64,000 bases of DNA. Source: Escherichia coli (GTDB lineage Bacteria > Pseudomonadota > Gammaproteobacteria > Enterobacterales > Enterobacteriaceae). This document shows positions 1 to 11,655 of this stretch, in pieces. Both the position numbers and the translations under genes were made by a program. Under the pieces are notes generated by a model. The model ran no database searches. It was not told the DNA's origin and worked only from the letters and a program-made list of their open reading frames with translations. The number at the start of each line of letters is the position of its first letter. Within the stretch, counting starts at the first letter, position 1. Location of the stretch: NCBI RefSeq assembly GCF_003334765.1, contig NZ_QOWT01000002.1; one strand, written 5' to 3'.

Positions 1-1458
1 AATCCGCGCGCCCGTTTTCATGATGGTTCGCCCATTACTGCCCGCGATGTAGAGTTTACTTTTCAAAAATTTATGACCGAAGGCGTGCCGCAATTTCGTC
101 TGGTCTACAAAGGCACCACCGTCAAAGCCATTGCACCGTTAACCGTGCGCATTGAGTTAGCTAAACCCGGCAAAGAAGATATGCTGAGTCTGTTTTCGCT
201 GCCGGTATTTCCAGAAAAGTACTGGAAGGATCACAAACTTAGCGACCCGCTCGCCACGCCTCCGCTTGCCAGTGGTCCGTACCGCGTTACGTCCTGGAAA
301 ATGGGGCAAAATATTGTCTATTCCCGTGTGAAAGATTACTGGGCAGCAAACTTACCGGTAAACCGTGGACGCTGGAATTTCGACACCATTCGCTACGATT
401 ATTACCTCGATGATAATGTCGCCTTTGAAGCATTTAAAGCAGGTGCCTTTGATTTGCGTATGGAAAACGACGCCAAAAACTGGGCCACGCGTTATACCGG
501 TAAAAATTTCGATAAAAAATACATCATCAAAGATGAGCAAAAGAACGAATCAGCCCAGGATACGCGTTGGCTGGCGTTTAATATCCAACGTCCGGTATTC
601 AGCGATCGCCGGGTCCGGGAAGCTATCACTCTCGCCTTTGACTTTGAATGGATGAACAAGGCGTTGTTTTACAATGCCTGGAGTCGCACGAACAGTTATT
701 TTCAGAATACCGAATACGCGGCCAGAAATTACCCCGACGCCGCGGAGCTGGTGCTTCTGGCACCAATGAAAAAAGATCTACCGTCAGAAGTCTTCACACA
801 AATCTACCAGCCGCCGGTATCCAAAGGCGATGGCTACGATCGTGACAACCTGTTAAAAGCCGACAAACTTCTCAACGAAGCGGGCTGGGTGCTGAAGGGT
901 CAGCAACGCGTTAATGCCACAACGGGTCAGCCACTCAGCTTTGAATTATTGCTTCCCGCAAGCAGCAATAGTCAGTGGGTATTGCCGTTCCAGCACAGCC
1001 TGCAACGGCTGGGTATCAACATGGACATTCGCAAGGTGGATAACTCGCAAATCACTAACCGCATGCGCAGTCGCGACTATGACATGATGCCGCGCGTATG
1101 GCGGGCGATGCCGTGGCCCAGTTCCGATTTACAGATTTCCTGGTCATCGGAATATATCAATTCCACTTATAATGCCCCCGGCGTGCAAAGCCCGGTTATC
1201 GACTCGCTGATCAACCAAATTATTGCCGCGCAGGGAAATAAAGAAAAATTACTGCCGTTGGGGCGAGCACTGGATCGCGTATTAACGTGGAATTATTACA
1301 TGCTGCCAATGTGGTACATGGCGGAAGACCGTCTCGCCTGGTGGGATAAATTCTCCCAGCCGGCCGTGCGCCCCATCTATAGCCTCGGTATCGATACCTG
1401 GTGGTATGACGTCAATAAAGCGGCCAAACTGCCGTCCGCCAGCAAACAGGGAGAGTAG
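1..1458 (+). CDS. yejA: Periplasmic oligopeptide/microcin C-binding protein of the YejABEF ABC importer (5'-truncated by window edge; frame continuous from position 1)
   Basis: ORF 73..1458 is in frame with position 1; family-5 solute-binding protein-like sequence; immediately followed by two permease genes and a double-ATPase gene. Confidence 0.9.
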
Positions 1459-2553
1459 ATGGGCGCTTACCTGATTCGCCGTCTGTTGCTGGTGATCCCA
1501 ACATTATGGGCGATTATCACCATCAACTTTTTCATCGTGCAAATTGCGCCTGGCGGTCCGGTCGACCAGGCCATCGCCGCCATTGAGTTTGGTAATGCCG
1601 GAGTATTACCCGGCGCAGGCGGTGAAGGTGTTCGTGCCAGCCATGCGCAAACGGGTGTCGGCAATATCAGCGACAGTAATTACCGTGGCGGACGCGGATT
1701 AGATCCAGAAGTGATCGCTGAGATCACTCATCGCTACGGTTTTGATAAGCCGATCCACGAACGTTACTTCAAAATGCTCTGGGACTACATCCGCTTTGAT
1801 TTTGGCGATAGCCTGTTTCGCAGCGCCTCGGTGCTGACGCTGATTAAAGACAGTCTGCCGGTTTCCATCACCCTCGGATTGTGGAGCACGCTGATTATCT
1901 ATCTGGTGTCGATTCCGTTAGGCATTCGCAAAGCTGTTTATAATGGGAGCCGCTTTGACGTCTGGAGTAGCGCATTTATCATCATCGGCTACGCCATTCC
2001 GGCCTTTTTGTTTGCCATCCTGCTGATTGTCTTCTTCGCGGGCGGCAGCTATTTCGACCTGTTCCCTCTACGCGGCCTGGTTTCCGCTAACTTTGATTCG
2101 CTGCCGTGGTATCAGAAAATCACCGATTATCTGTGGCATATCACGCTGCCGGTGCTGGCGACAGTGATTGGTGGCTTTGCGGCGCTGACCATGCTGACAA
2201 AAAACTCATTCCTTGATGAAGTGCGCAAGCAATACGTGGTGACCGCGCGTGCGAAAGGGGTAAGTGAAAAAAATATTCTCTGGAAACATGTGTTCCGCAA
2301 CGCCATGCTGCTGGTGATTGCCGGTTTTCCGGCGACGTTTATCAGCATGTTTTTTACCGGCTCGCTGCTGATTGAGGTGATGTTTTCACTCAATGGTCTG
2401 GGCTTACTGGGCTACGAAGCGACCGTCTCGCGCGATTATCCTGTAATGTTTGGTACCTTGTATATTTTCACCCTGATTGGCCTGCTGCTGAATATTGTCA
2501 GTGATATCAGCTATACGCTGGTTGATCCGCGTATTGATTTTGAGGGACGTTAA
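1459..2553 (+). CDS. yejB: ABC transporter permease
   Basis: 364 aa, multi-TM permease; start 1 nt after yejA stop; operon context. Confidence 0.93.
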
Positions 2554-3578
2554 TGTCGCGACTCAGCCCCGTCAATCAGGCCCGTTGGGCGCGTTTTCGT
2601 CATAACCGTCGCGGCTACTGGTCGTTATGGATTTTCCTCGTCTTGTTTGGTTTGAGTTTGTGTTCTGAACTTATCGCCAACGATAAACCGTTGCTGGTGC
2701 GTTATGACGGCAGTTGGTATTTCCCGTTATTGAAAAACTACAGCGAAAGCGATTTTGGCGGCCCGCTGGCAAGTCAGGCTGATTATCAGGACCCGTGGCT
2801 GAAACAACGGCTGGAAAATAACGGCTGGGTACTGTGGGCACCGATTCGCTTTGGTGCTACCAGTATCAACTTTGCTACCGATAAGCCCTTCCCTTCTCCA
2901 CCCTCCCGGCAAAACTGGCTGGGAACGGATGCCAACGGCGGCGATGTGCTGGCACGCATTCTCTATGGCACGCGGATCTCGGTTCTGTTTGGCCTGATGC
3001 TGACTCTCTGTTCCAGCGTGATGGGCGTGCTGGCGGGGGCGCTACAAGGCTATTACGGCGGTAAAGTCGATCTCTGGGGACAACGCTTTATTGAAGTATG
3101 GTCGGGGATGCCGACGCTGTTTTTGATTATTTTACTTTCCAGCGTCGTACAGCCTAACTTCTGGTGGCTGCTGGCAATTACTGTCTTGTTTGGCTGGATG
3201 AGTCTGGTCGGCGTGGTGCGGGCGGAGTTTTTACGTACTCGTAATTTCGACTACATTCGTGCGGCACAGGCGCTTGGCGTCAGCGATCGCAGTATCATCC
3301 TGCGTCATATGTTGCCTAATGCCATGGTCGCGACCCTCACCTTTTTACCGTTTATTTTATGTAGTTCGATAACCACCCTGACCTCGCTCGATTTCCTCGG
3401 CTTCGGTCTACCGCTCGGTTCACCGTCACTCGGTGAACTGCTGTTACAAGGGAAAAATAACCTTCAGGCCCCGTGGCTTGGGATCACCGCCTTCTTGTCG
3501 GTGGCGATATTATTGTCTTTGCTGATCTTTATTGGTGAAGCCGTCCGCGACGCATTTGATCCTAATAAGGCGGTGTAG
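2553..3578 (+). CDS. yejE: ABC transporter permease
   Basis: 341 aa; start overlaps yejB stop by 1 nt; hydrophobic permease sequence. Confidence 0.93.
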   Translation: MSRLSPVNQARWARFRHNRRGYWSLWIFLVLFGLSLCSELIANDKPLLVRYDGSWYFPLLKNYSESDFGGPLASQADYQDPWLKQRLENNGWVLWAPIRFGATSINFATDKPFPSPPSRQNWLGTDANGGDVLARILYGTRISVLFGLMLTLCSSVMGVLAGALQGYYGGKVDLWGQRFIEVWSGMPTLFLIILLSSVVQPNFWWLLAITVLFGWMSLVGVVRAEFLRTRNFDYIRAAQALGVSDRSIILRHMLPNAMVATLTFLPFILCSSITTLTSLDFLGFGLPLGSPSLGELLLQGKNNLQAPWLGITAFLSVAILLSLLIFIGEAVRDAFDPNKAV

Positions 3579-3579
3579 C

Positions 3580-5169
3580 ATGACGCAAACTCTGTTAGCG
3601 ATTGAAAATTTGTCGGTGGGTTTTCGCCATCAGCAAACCGTACGTACAGTAGTCAATGATGTTTCACTACAGATTGAGGCTGGCGAAACGCTGGCGCTGG
3701 TGGGTGAGTCAGGTTCAGGCAAAAGCGTTACCGCGCTGTCAATTTTACGCCTGCTCCCTTCCCCGCCGGTTGAATATCTCTCCGGCGATATTCGTTTTCA
3801 TGGCGAATCGCTGCTTCACGCCAGCGATCAAACGTTGCGCGGTGTACGCGGTAATAAGATCGCCATGATTTTTCAGGAACCGATGGTGTCGTTAAATCCA
3901 TTGCATACCCTGGAAAAACAGCTTTATGAAGTGCTTTCACTCCACCGCGGGATGCGTCGGGAAGCGGCTCGTGGCGAAATTCTTAACTGCCTTGATCGCG
4001 TTGGTATCCGCCAGGCGGCAAAACGGCTGACAGATTATCCGCATCAGCTCTCCGGCGGCGAACGGCAGCGGGTGATGATTGCGATGGCGCTGTTAACGCG
4101 ACCGGAATTATTAATTGCCGATGAACCGACCACCGCACTGGACGTCTCTGTCCAGGCGCAGATTTTACAGCTGTTGCGCGAACTGCAAGGCGAGCTGAAT
4201 ATGGGCATGCTGTTTATTACTCATAACCTCAGCATTGTCAGAAAACTGGCCCACCGCGTGGCGGTAATGCAAAACGGTCGCTGTGTCGAGCAAAATTACG
4301 CCGCTACGCTATTTGCATCACCCACTCATCCTTACACACAAAAGCTACTCAACAGTGAACCGTCAGGCGATCCAGTGCCGTTGCCAGAACCTGCCTCAAC
4401 GTTGCTGGATGTTGAACAGCTTCAGGTTGCCTTCCCCATTCGCAAAGGGATTTTGAAGCGCATTGTGGATCATAATGTGGTGGTGAAAAACATCAGTTTT
4501 ACGCTACGAGCGGGTGAAACACTGGGTTTAGTGGGCGAGTCCGGTTCCGGGAAAAGTACGACGGGACTGGCGCTGCTGCGACTGATTAATTCTCAGGGCA
4601 GCATCATCTTTGACGGTCAGCCACTGCAAAATTTAAATCGCCGCCAGCTGTTACCTATTCGTCATCGCATTCAGGTGGTATTTCAGGATCCAAACTCCTC
4701 GCTCAACCCACGACTCAACGTTTTGCAGATTATTGAGGAAGGCTTACGGGTTCACCAGCCGACGCTTTCTGCCGCACAACGCGAACAACAAGTGATAGCC
4801 GTGATGCATGAAGTGGGATTAGATCCTGAAACACGCCACCGTTATCCGGCGGAGTTCTCTGGTGGTCAGCGACAACGTATTGCGATTGCCAGGGCATTAA
4901 TTCTTAAGCCCTCGCTGATCATACTTGATGAACCGACATCATCACTCGACAAAACGGTACAGGCGCAAATATTGACGCTATTGAAATCATTGCAACAAAA
5001 GCATCAACTGGCCTATTTGTTTATCAGCCACGATTTGCACGTTGTCCGCGCGTTATGTCATCAGGTTATCATACTGCGACAAGGGGAAGTAGTGGAACAA
5101 GGACCGTGCGCGCGCGTGTTTGCCACACCGCAGCAGGAGTATACGCGTCAGCTACTGGCGTTGAGCTGA
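3580..5169 (+). CDS. yejF: ABC transporter ATP-binding protein with two fused ATPase domains
   Basis: Two Walker A motifs GESGSGKS and two signature motifs LSGGERQR / FSGGQRQR; ATG at 3580 (MTQTLLAIENL) is 1 nt after the yejE TAG; the ORF-track start at 3532 is rejected as an extension. Confidence 0.93.
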   Translation: MTQTLLAIENLSVGFRHQQTVRTVVNDVSLQIEAGETLALVGESGSGKSVTALSILRLLPSPPVEYLSGDIRFHGESLLHASDQTLRGVRGNKIAMIFQEPMVSLNPLHTLEKQLYEVLSLHRGMRREAARGEILNCLDRVGIRQAAKRLTDYPHQLSGGERQRVMIAMALLTRPELLIADEPTTALDVSVQAQILQLLRELQGELNMGMLFITHNLSIVRKLAHRVAVMQNGRCVEQNYAATLFASPTHPYTQKLLNSEPSGDPVPLPEPASTLLDVEQLQVAFPIRKGILKRIVDHNVVVKNISFTLRAGETLGLVGESGSGKSTTGLALLRLINSQGSIIFDGQPLQNLNRRQLLPIRHRIQVVFQDPNSSLNPRLNVLQIIEEGLRVHQPTLSAAQREQQVIAVMHEVGLDPETRHRYPAEFSGGQRQRIAIARALILKPSLIILDEPTSSLDKTVQAQILTLLKSLQQKHQLAYLFISHDLHVVRALCHQVIILRQGEVVEQGPCARVFATPQQEYTRQLLALS

Positions 5170-5172
5170 CGC

Positions 5173-5517
5173 TTAAAAAGGATTGTAGTTTGAAAAGGGT
5201 TCGGCAATTGCCACACCAAAATTTTTCAATCGGCATGTTGCAGCAAACTCGTCCTGGCGATTTACAAACAGGCACGGCTCACCTTCACACTCCAGCACCG
5301 AACATGGAACTTCGATGTCGCTTAACGCCTGGCTTAGTTTATACATCACCGACCATGCATTATCACCATCCGGGCTAAGCAATTTAAGCGCCACCAGGCT
5401 GTTGTCACCGCACGGTCCATTTTGCGGAATCGGTTCAACCTTCGAACCTGCGAAACCAGCAGACCAGCGATAGTTCTGCGGCAGTCGATGGACGATTGAG
5501 AGTTGTAATGAAGTCAC
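5173..5517 (-). CDS. yejG: Small conserved protein of unknown function
   Basis: 114-aa ORF convergent on yejF; matches my memory of YejG. Confidence 0.8.
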
Positions 5518-5811
5518 TTATTTTCCCCGGAAGCACATTCACTTCACAATTTGTTTACATCAATTTTAACACATCATCAACAATCCGTCTTTATACAGAT
5601 CGTAAAGATTGATGCCTCGCCTGCGTGGCCTCTATGGCTCTGATTTAAGTAATATCTGCGGGCGTGGTCACGTTTGCGGGGCTATATGTACCCGTTTCTG
5701 CGATCTAACTCAACCTTTTTAACTACAATGATGTGACTTTTTACATAAATTGATTTTACATAAAATAAACATATATCGGGGGAATGATAGATTTGTGGTT
5801 GACATGCATCA

Positions 5812-5835
5812 ACAAAGGAAGCCTTTTAGCTTCCT
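5812..5835 (-). terminator. Putative rho-independent terminator downstream of bcr
   Basis: Hairpin ggaagc-ctttta-gcttcc followed by T-rich tract on the minus strand, just 3' of the bcr stop. Confidence 0.5.
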
Positions 5836-5849
5836 CGTTGTGCAATAGA

Positions 5850-7040
5850 TCACCGTTTTTTCGGCCGACTGGCGTACAGACAGAAGAGAATGGAGCTGGT
5901 TGCGCAGAATGCAATTGACCAAATCATCGGCCATGCAGAGTTAAAGGTCGCAAGAGAAAGCAATGCGCCAACAATTGCCCCTATGCCAAAACGGAAGGTT
6001 CCTGCCAGCGAAGATGCCGTTCCCGCCATATGGGGAAACTCATCAAGAATGACCGCCATCGCATTGGATGACACCATCGACACGCAGCCCACAAACGCCG
6101 CAACGCCAACCACCAGCGACCAAAATCCCAGCCCCAGCAGCGCACTGATGACCATCCACGCTGCCATAATAAATTGTATCCACAACCCCGAGCGGAACAT
6201 ATTTAACGCGCCAATGCGGCGGACGAAGCGGCTGTTAAAGATGGTCATCACGAACAGAAAAACAATGTTTAGCGCAAAGTAATAACCAAAGTTTTCCGGC
6301 GCGACGTGGTTAATTTCAATATAAACAAACGGTCCGGCGCTTAAGAATGAGAACATCCCGGCAAAGCTGAAACCACTGGCAAGCATGTAGCTCAGGACAC
6401 GTTTATGGCGGAACAGCGCCGCAAAGTTACCAATAGTGGTACGAATGTGAAATGGCTGACGACGCTCCGGTGGTAAGGTTTCTTTAATCAGGAAGAAAAT
6501 CATTGCCGAAGCCAGAATCGCCGCTAATGCCAGGATCCAGAAGATGTAATGCCAGCTCAGCCACACCAGCACCCAGCCGCCAACTATCGGTGCCATCAGC
6601 GGTGCAATGGTTGTCACCAGCATGACAAACGACATCATCCGCGAGAACTCTTCTTTCGGGTAAATATCGCGCATCAGGGCGTTAATGACCACGCTGGCCG
6701 CAGCCGCAGCCAGCCCGTGGAAGAAACGCATCACAATCAGCTGATCGATGGTGTTTGCCAACGCACACGCCACCGCGGCGGCGGCAAACACCAGCGTACC
6801 GCCGAGCACCACCGGCTTACGCCCGAAGCTGTCTGCCATCGGCCCGTAGATTAACTGCCCCAACGCAAAGCCCAGAATATAAGTACTGAGGGTCATCTGC
6901 GTACTGCCCGCCGGTACGCCAAACTGCGCTGAAATTACCGGTAGCGCGGGCAGATACATATCAATCGACAGCGGCATCAACATGGCCAGCAGGCCAAGGA
7001 TAAAAACAATAGCAAACGACGAATGCTGTCGGGTGGTCAC
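5850..7040 (-). CDS. bcr: MFS efflux transporter (bicyclomycin/sulfonamide resistance)
   Basis: 396 aa, 12-TM MFS profile. Confidence 0.92.
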
Positions 7041-7067
7041 AACGGGCTCCTGAAAGTCATTGAAAAG

Positions 7068-7763
7068 TTAGACGACGCTGGCAATTTCTTCTTCAGTTAA
7101 CGGACGATATTCACCGGGGGCTAAATCAGCATCCAGCGTAATACCGCCAATACGTTCACGATGCAGCTCAACCACGTGGTTACCCACGGCGGCGAACATG
7201 CGTTTCACCTGATGATAACGCCCTTCGCTGATGGTCAGACGAACCTGCGTTGGGGTAATCACTTCCAGCACCGCAGGCTTAGTGAGATCTTTTTCGTTAT
7301 GCAGCTGCACGCCTTTAGCAAATTGCTCTGCCGTATCGTCAGCTACAGGTGATTCCAGTGTCACCAGATAGGTCTTCTCGCAATGATGGCGCGGAGAAGT
7401 AATGCGGTGCGACCACTGACCATCATCAGTCATCAGCACCAGACCGGTGGTATCAATATCCAACCGCCCCGCCGCATGCAGTTTCCACGCTACCGGTTCA
7501 TCAAGAAAATAGAGCACCGTTGGGTGATCAGGGTCGTCCGTGGAGCAAACATAGCCCTGAGGCTTATTGAGCATGAAGTAACGTGGACCGTGTTGCTGCG
7601 CCAGCGGGTTGCCATCGTAAGCGACATCATGTTCAGGAAGCAGTTTGAACGCTGCATTACGGACGATTTCGCCATCGACGGTGACACGATTGCCGCGGAT
7701 TTCACGCCCGGCAATAGCACGGCTAACGCCGAGTTGCTGTGCGATAAATTTATCAAGTCGCAT
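7068..7763 (-). CDS. rsuA: 16S rRNA pseudouridine(516) synthase
   Basis: 231 aa; N-terminal S4-like region and catalytic motif GRLDIDTTG. Confidence 0.93.
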
Positions 7764-7911
7764 GTGTGTGATTTTGCCTGTAAAAACGGAGGTCGGGCAT
7801 TGACCCGAAAATCTGAACTGTTGTCTGCCCAGTATAGCGGTCTAATAACATCCCTCAAGGGAAAAAGATCCATGGCATACTATTAGCAGAATAATCTACC
7901 TACGCGAGACC

Positions 7912-9672
7912 ATGATTTTTACACTTCGCCCATATCAGCAAGAAGCCGTGGATGCCACGCTCAACCATTTTCGTCGTCATAAAACCCCTGCCGTTATCGT
8001 GCTGCCCACCGGCGCAGGTAAAAGCCTGGTGATAGCGGAACTGGCACGGCTGGCTCGTGGTCGCGTGCTGGTGCTGGCACACGTTAAAGAACTGGTGGCG
8101 CAAAACCATGCAAAGTATCAGGCGCTGGGGCTGGAAGCCGATATTTTTGCCGCCGGGCTAAAGCGCAAAGAGAGCCACGGTAAAGTGGTATTTGGCAGCG
8201 TGCAGTCTGTCGCCCGTAATCTTGATGCCTTTCAGGGTGAATTTTCGCTGTTGATTGTCGATGAATGTCACCGTATTGGTGACGATGAAGAGAGCCAGTA
8301 TCAGCAAATCCTCACTCACCTGACAAAAGTGAATCCCCACTTACGCCTGCTGGGGCTGACTGCCACGCCTTTTCGATTGGGCAAAGGCTGGATCTACCAG
8401 TTTCATTATCACGGCATGGTACGCGGCGATGAGAAAGCCCTTTTCCGTGACTGCATTTATGAGCTGCCGCTGCGTTATATGATTAAACACGGCTATCTGA
8501 CGCCGCCAGAACGACTGGATATGCCAGTAGTGCAATACGATTTCAGCCGCTTGCAGGCACAGAGTAACGGGCTGTTCAGCGAAGCCGATCTCAACCGTGA
8601 GCTGAAAAAACAACAACGTATTACCCCGCACATCATCAGCCAGATTATGGAGTTTGCTGCAATGCGCAAAGGGGTGATGATTTTTGCCGCGACGGTTGAA
8701 CACGCAAAAGAGATTGTGGGATTACTGCCTGCCGAAGATGCAGCACTGATTACTGGCGACACCCCCGGCGCTGAGCGCGATGTGTTAATTGAAAATTTTA
8801 AAGCCCAGCGTTTTCGCTATCTGGTCAACGTCGCGGTACTGACCACCGGATTTGACGCCCCGCACGTCGATCTTATCGCCATTCTGCGCCCTACCGAATC
8901 AGTGAGTCTTTACCAACAAATTGTCGGGCGCGGTCTGCGTCTCGCTCCGGGCAAGACTGATTGCTTAATTCTTGATTATGCGGGTAATCCTCACGATCTC
9001 TACGCGCCGGAAGTTGGTACACCAAAAGGCAAAAGTGACAACGTTCCGGTACAGGTTTTCTGCCCTGCCTGCGGTTTTGCCAACACCTTTTGGGGGAAAA
9101 CGACCGCCGACGGGACATTGATTGAACACTTTGGTCGTCGCTGTCAGGGATGGTTTGAAGATGACGACGGTCATCGCGAACAATGTGACTTCCGTTTCCG
9201 TTTTAAAAATTGCCCGCAATGTAACGCGGAAAACGATATTGCCGCCCGCCGCTGCCGCGAATGTGACACCGTACTGGTTGATCCGGACGATATGTTAAAA
9301 GCGGCGCTACGACTGAAAGACGCGCTGGTATTACGCTGTAGCGGCATGTCTTTGCAACATGGGCACGACGAGAAAGGCGAATGGTTGAAAATCACCTATT
9401 ACGATGAAGACGGCGCGGATGTGAGTGAGCGTTTCCGTCTGCAAACACCTGCCCAGCGTACCGCCTTCGAGCAGCTTTTTATCCGCCCGCATACGCGCAC
9501 ACCGGGCATCCCGCTGCGCTGGATCACCGCCGCCGATATCCTCGCCCAGCAAGCCTTATTGCGACACCCGGATTTTGTCGTCGCCCGCATGAAAGGCCAG
9601 TACTGGCAGGTGCGTGAAAAAGTGTTCGATTACGAAGGTCGTTTTCGTCTGGCGCACGAATTACGCGGTTAA
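7912..9672 (+). CDS. radD: Superfamily-2 DNA repair helicase RadD (YejH)
   Basis: 586 aa; Walker [13 protein letters not shown] box ([10 protein letters not shown]), C-terminal Cys-rich zinc-finger-like CPACG/CPQCN/CRECD. Confidence 0.92.
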   Translation: MIFTLRPYQQEAVDATLNHFRRHKTPAVIVLPTGAGKSLVIAELARLARGRVLVLAHVKELVAQNHAKYQALGLEADIFAAGLKRKESHGKVVFGSVQSVARNLDAFQGEFSLLIVDECHRIGDDEESQYQQILTHLTKVNPHLRLLGLTATPFRLGKGWIYQFHYHGMVRGDEKALFRDCIYELPLRYMIKHGYLTPPERLDMPVVQYDFSRLQAQSNGLFSEADLNRELKKQQRITPHIISQIMEFAAMRKGVMIFAATVEHAKEIVGLLPAEDAALITGDTPGAERDVLIENFKAQRFRYLVNVAVLTTGFDAPHVDLIAILRPTESVSLYQQIVGRGLRLAPGKTDCLILDYAGNPHDLYAPEVGTPKGKSDNVPVQVFCPACGFANTFWGKTTADGTLIEHFGRRCQGWFEDDDGHREQCDFRFRFKNCPQCNAENDIAARRCRECDTVLVDPDDMLKAALRLKDALVLRCSGMSLQHGHDEKGEWLKITYYDEDGADVSERFRLQTPAQRTAFEQLFIRPHTRTPGIPLRWITAADILAQQALLRHPDFVVARMKGQYWQVREKVFDYEGRFRLAHELRG

Positions 9673-9688
9673 TGGTAGTTTTGATTGA

Positions 9689-10081
<393 letters not shown>

Positions 10082-10103
10082 TTGCTGAATAAGTTGTAAA
10101 AAA

Positions 10104-10126
10104 CCCCGCTCCGGCGGGGTTTTTTG
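10104..10126 (+). terminator. Rho-independent terminator of rplY
   Basis: GC hairpin ccccgc-tccg-gcgggg followed by TTTTTT. Confidence 0.85.
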
Positions 10127-10170
10127 TATCTGCAGATTATGCCTGATTACGGTATTGCTATTTTTTGCAG

Positions 10171-10200
10171 GCCAGATAAGGCGTTCACGCCGCATCTGGC
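10171..10200. repeat. REP palindromic unit
   Basis: gccagataaggcgttcacgccgcatctggc, the canonical enterobacterial REP sequence, in the convergent rplY/yejK spacer. Confidence 0.8.
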
Positions 10201-10219
10201 ATTCAGAACACAAAACCGA

Positions 10220-11227
10220 TTAATTGCCGCCAGACGTCCGGCGCTGCAATTGGTCGCGCAAATTCGGCGGCGTGCCTTTAATGGTCAAGGTATCGGTTGC
10301 TGGATCCCAGAAGATGCGTTCACCTAACAGCATCGCATCAAAGTTAATAGTCAAGCCACCGCCGCTACCGGCAAACTTCGTCAACTGACGCAGTGTGCTA
10401 CGGTCTGCCGGGAAGCTCTCTTCCAGTTCGTAGCCTTTTTCAGCCGCAAACTCCGTGAAGCTCACTTCGCTTACGCCTGCCAGCTCTTTCGACAGCGATT
10501 TCAGTTCGATCTCTTCGCCTGCCTGCAGCTGCTCATTACAGTAGCTATAAACCTGCTGGCGCACGTTCTGTCGCTCTGCTTTATCCAGTTGTGCTTCGGC
10601 AGTGAAATCATCAACCGCTTGCAACAGCCCACGGTTTTGCGCTTTCGCGTTTAACCCTTCGCTGGCCCCGAGGAAATCCATAAAGAAATCCGCCACTTTG
10701 CGCCCTACTCGCCCTTTCAGGAAAGTGAGATAGCGGGTGGACTCTGGATTGGTTTCCCATTCGGTTAAATCGATACGCGCAACAATATCCGCATGATTGA
10801 TATCAAGATAATGGGTTGGGTTGATGTCGAGATTTTCGTTAACGCGCATACTGCTCAGGTTGCTCAGAACTGCCACCAGCAAATACTCCACCGCCAGATA
10901 GCGATAGTGGCAAAACAGCACGAATCCACCGTCAGCAAAAGGATATTTCGCTAATTCGTCACGCAGGCGGCCGGTTGCCGCGCGGCTAAATGCCAGGAAG
11001 TCCTCTTCGCCCTGACGCTGTAAGCGCAGCGTCTGCGCCAGTTCACTCTCTTCGCTAAACAAGCCGTAAGCTTTATTTTTGGCGCTATAGACCCGATGCA
11101 GTTCTGCCACCATCTCAACGACGGTTTCTGTCGGTTCCAGCAATGAATCGCGCAACACCAGCTCAAGGTTCTGCTCATCACGCTTGATAAGCTGGTGCAG
11201 AGCAATCTGGTTGATATCCAGACTCAT
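10220..11227 (-). CDS. yejK: Nucleoid-associated protein NdpA (YejK)
   Basis: 335-aa ORF; sequence recognised. Confidence 0.92.
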   Translation of the reverse strand: MSLDINQIALHQLIKRDEQNLELVLRDSLLEPTETVVEMVAELHRVYSAKNKAYGLFSEESELAQTLRLQRQGEEDFLAFSRAATGRLRDELAKYPFADGGFVLFCHYRYLAVEYLLVAVLSNLSSMRVNENLDINPTHYLDINHADIVARIDLTEWETNPESTRYLTFLKGRVGRKVADFFMDFLGASEGLNAKAQNRGLLQAVDDFTAEAQLDKAERQNVRQQVYSYCNEQLQAGEEIELKSLSKELAGVSEVSFTEFAAEKGYELEESFPADRSTLRQLTKFAGSGGGLTINFDAMLLGERIFWDPATDTLTIKGTPPNLRDQLQRRTSGGN

Positions 11228-11408
11228 GATAAACTCTCCTTTAAGACCGGGCGGTATTCAACCACCGCCGGTTAAGCGACGCAATAAAAGATGGCGGTCA
11301 TTTTACAGAAGGCAGCGTAACGAGAATGATTTAACGCATAAAAAAGCAGAAAAAAAACCGTTGCTACGGTAATATGTTGCCCTTTCATCAACTAACTGAT
11401 TTCGATTT

Positions 11409-11636
11409 ATGCCACAAATTTCCCGCTACAGTGATGAACAGGTTGAACAATTGCTCGCAGAGCTGCTCAACGTACTGGAAAAACATAAGGCTCCGACCGA
11501 CCTTTCCCTGATGGTGTTAGGCAACATGGTCACTAACCTTATCAACACCAGCATTGCCCCGGCCCAACGCCAGGCAATTGCCAACTCTTTTGCCCGCGCC
11601 TTACAGTCCTCTATCAACGAAGACAAAGCGCACTAA
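11409..11636 (+). CDS. yejL: UPF0352 family small protein
   Basis: 75-aa ORF directly upstream of yejM. Confidence 0.85.
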
Positions 11637-11655
11637 GGGAAACAGATAACAGGTT

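Noticed and set aside
3532-3579. ORF-track N-terminal extensions for yejF (3532), rplY (9701), narP (16551), ccmC (22425), napB (24820), eco (29965), rcsB (42100), atoS (45999), yfaT (60954) and yfaA (62660)
   Set aside because: In each case an internal ATG matches the known N-terminus of the protein and has a better Shine-Dalgarno sequence; some extensions overlap the upstream gene or begin at non-ATG codons (for example TTG at 62660).
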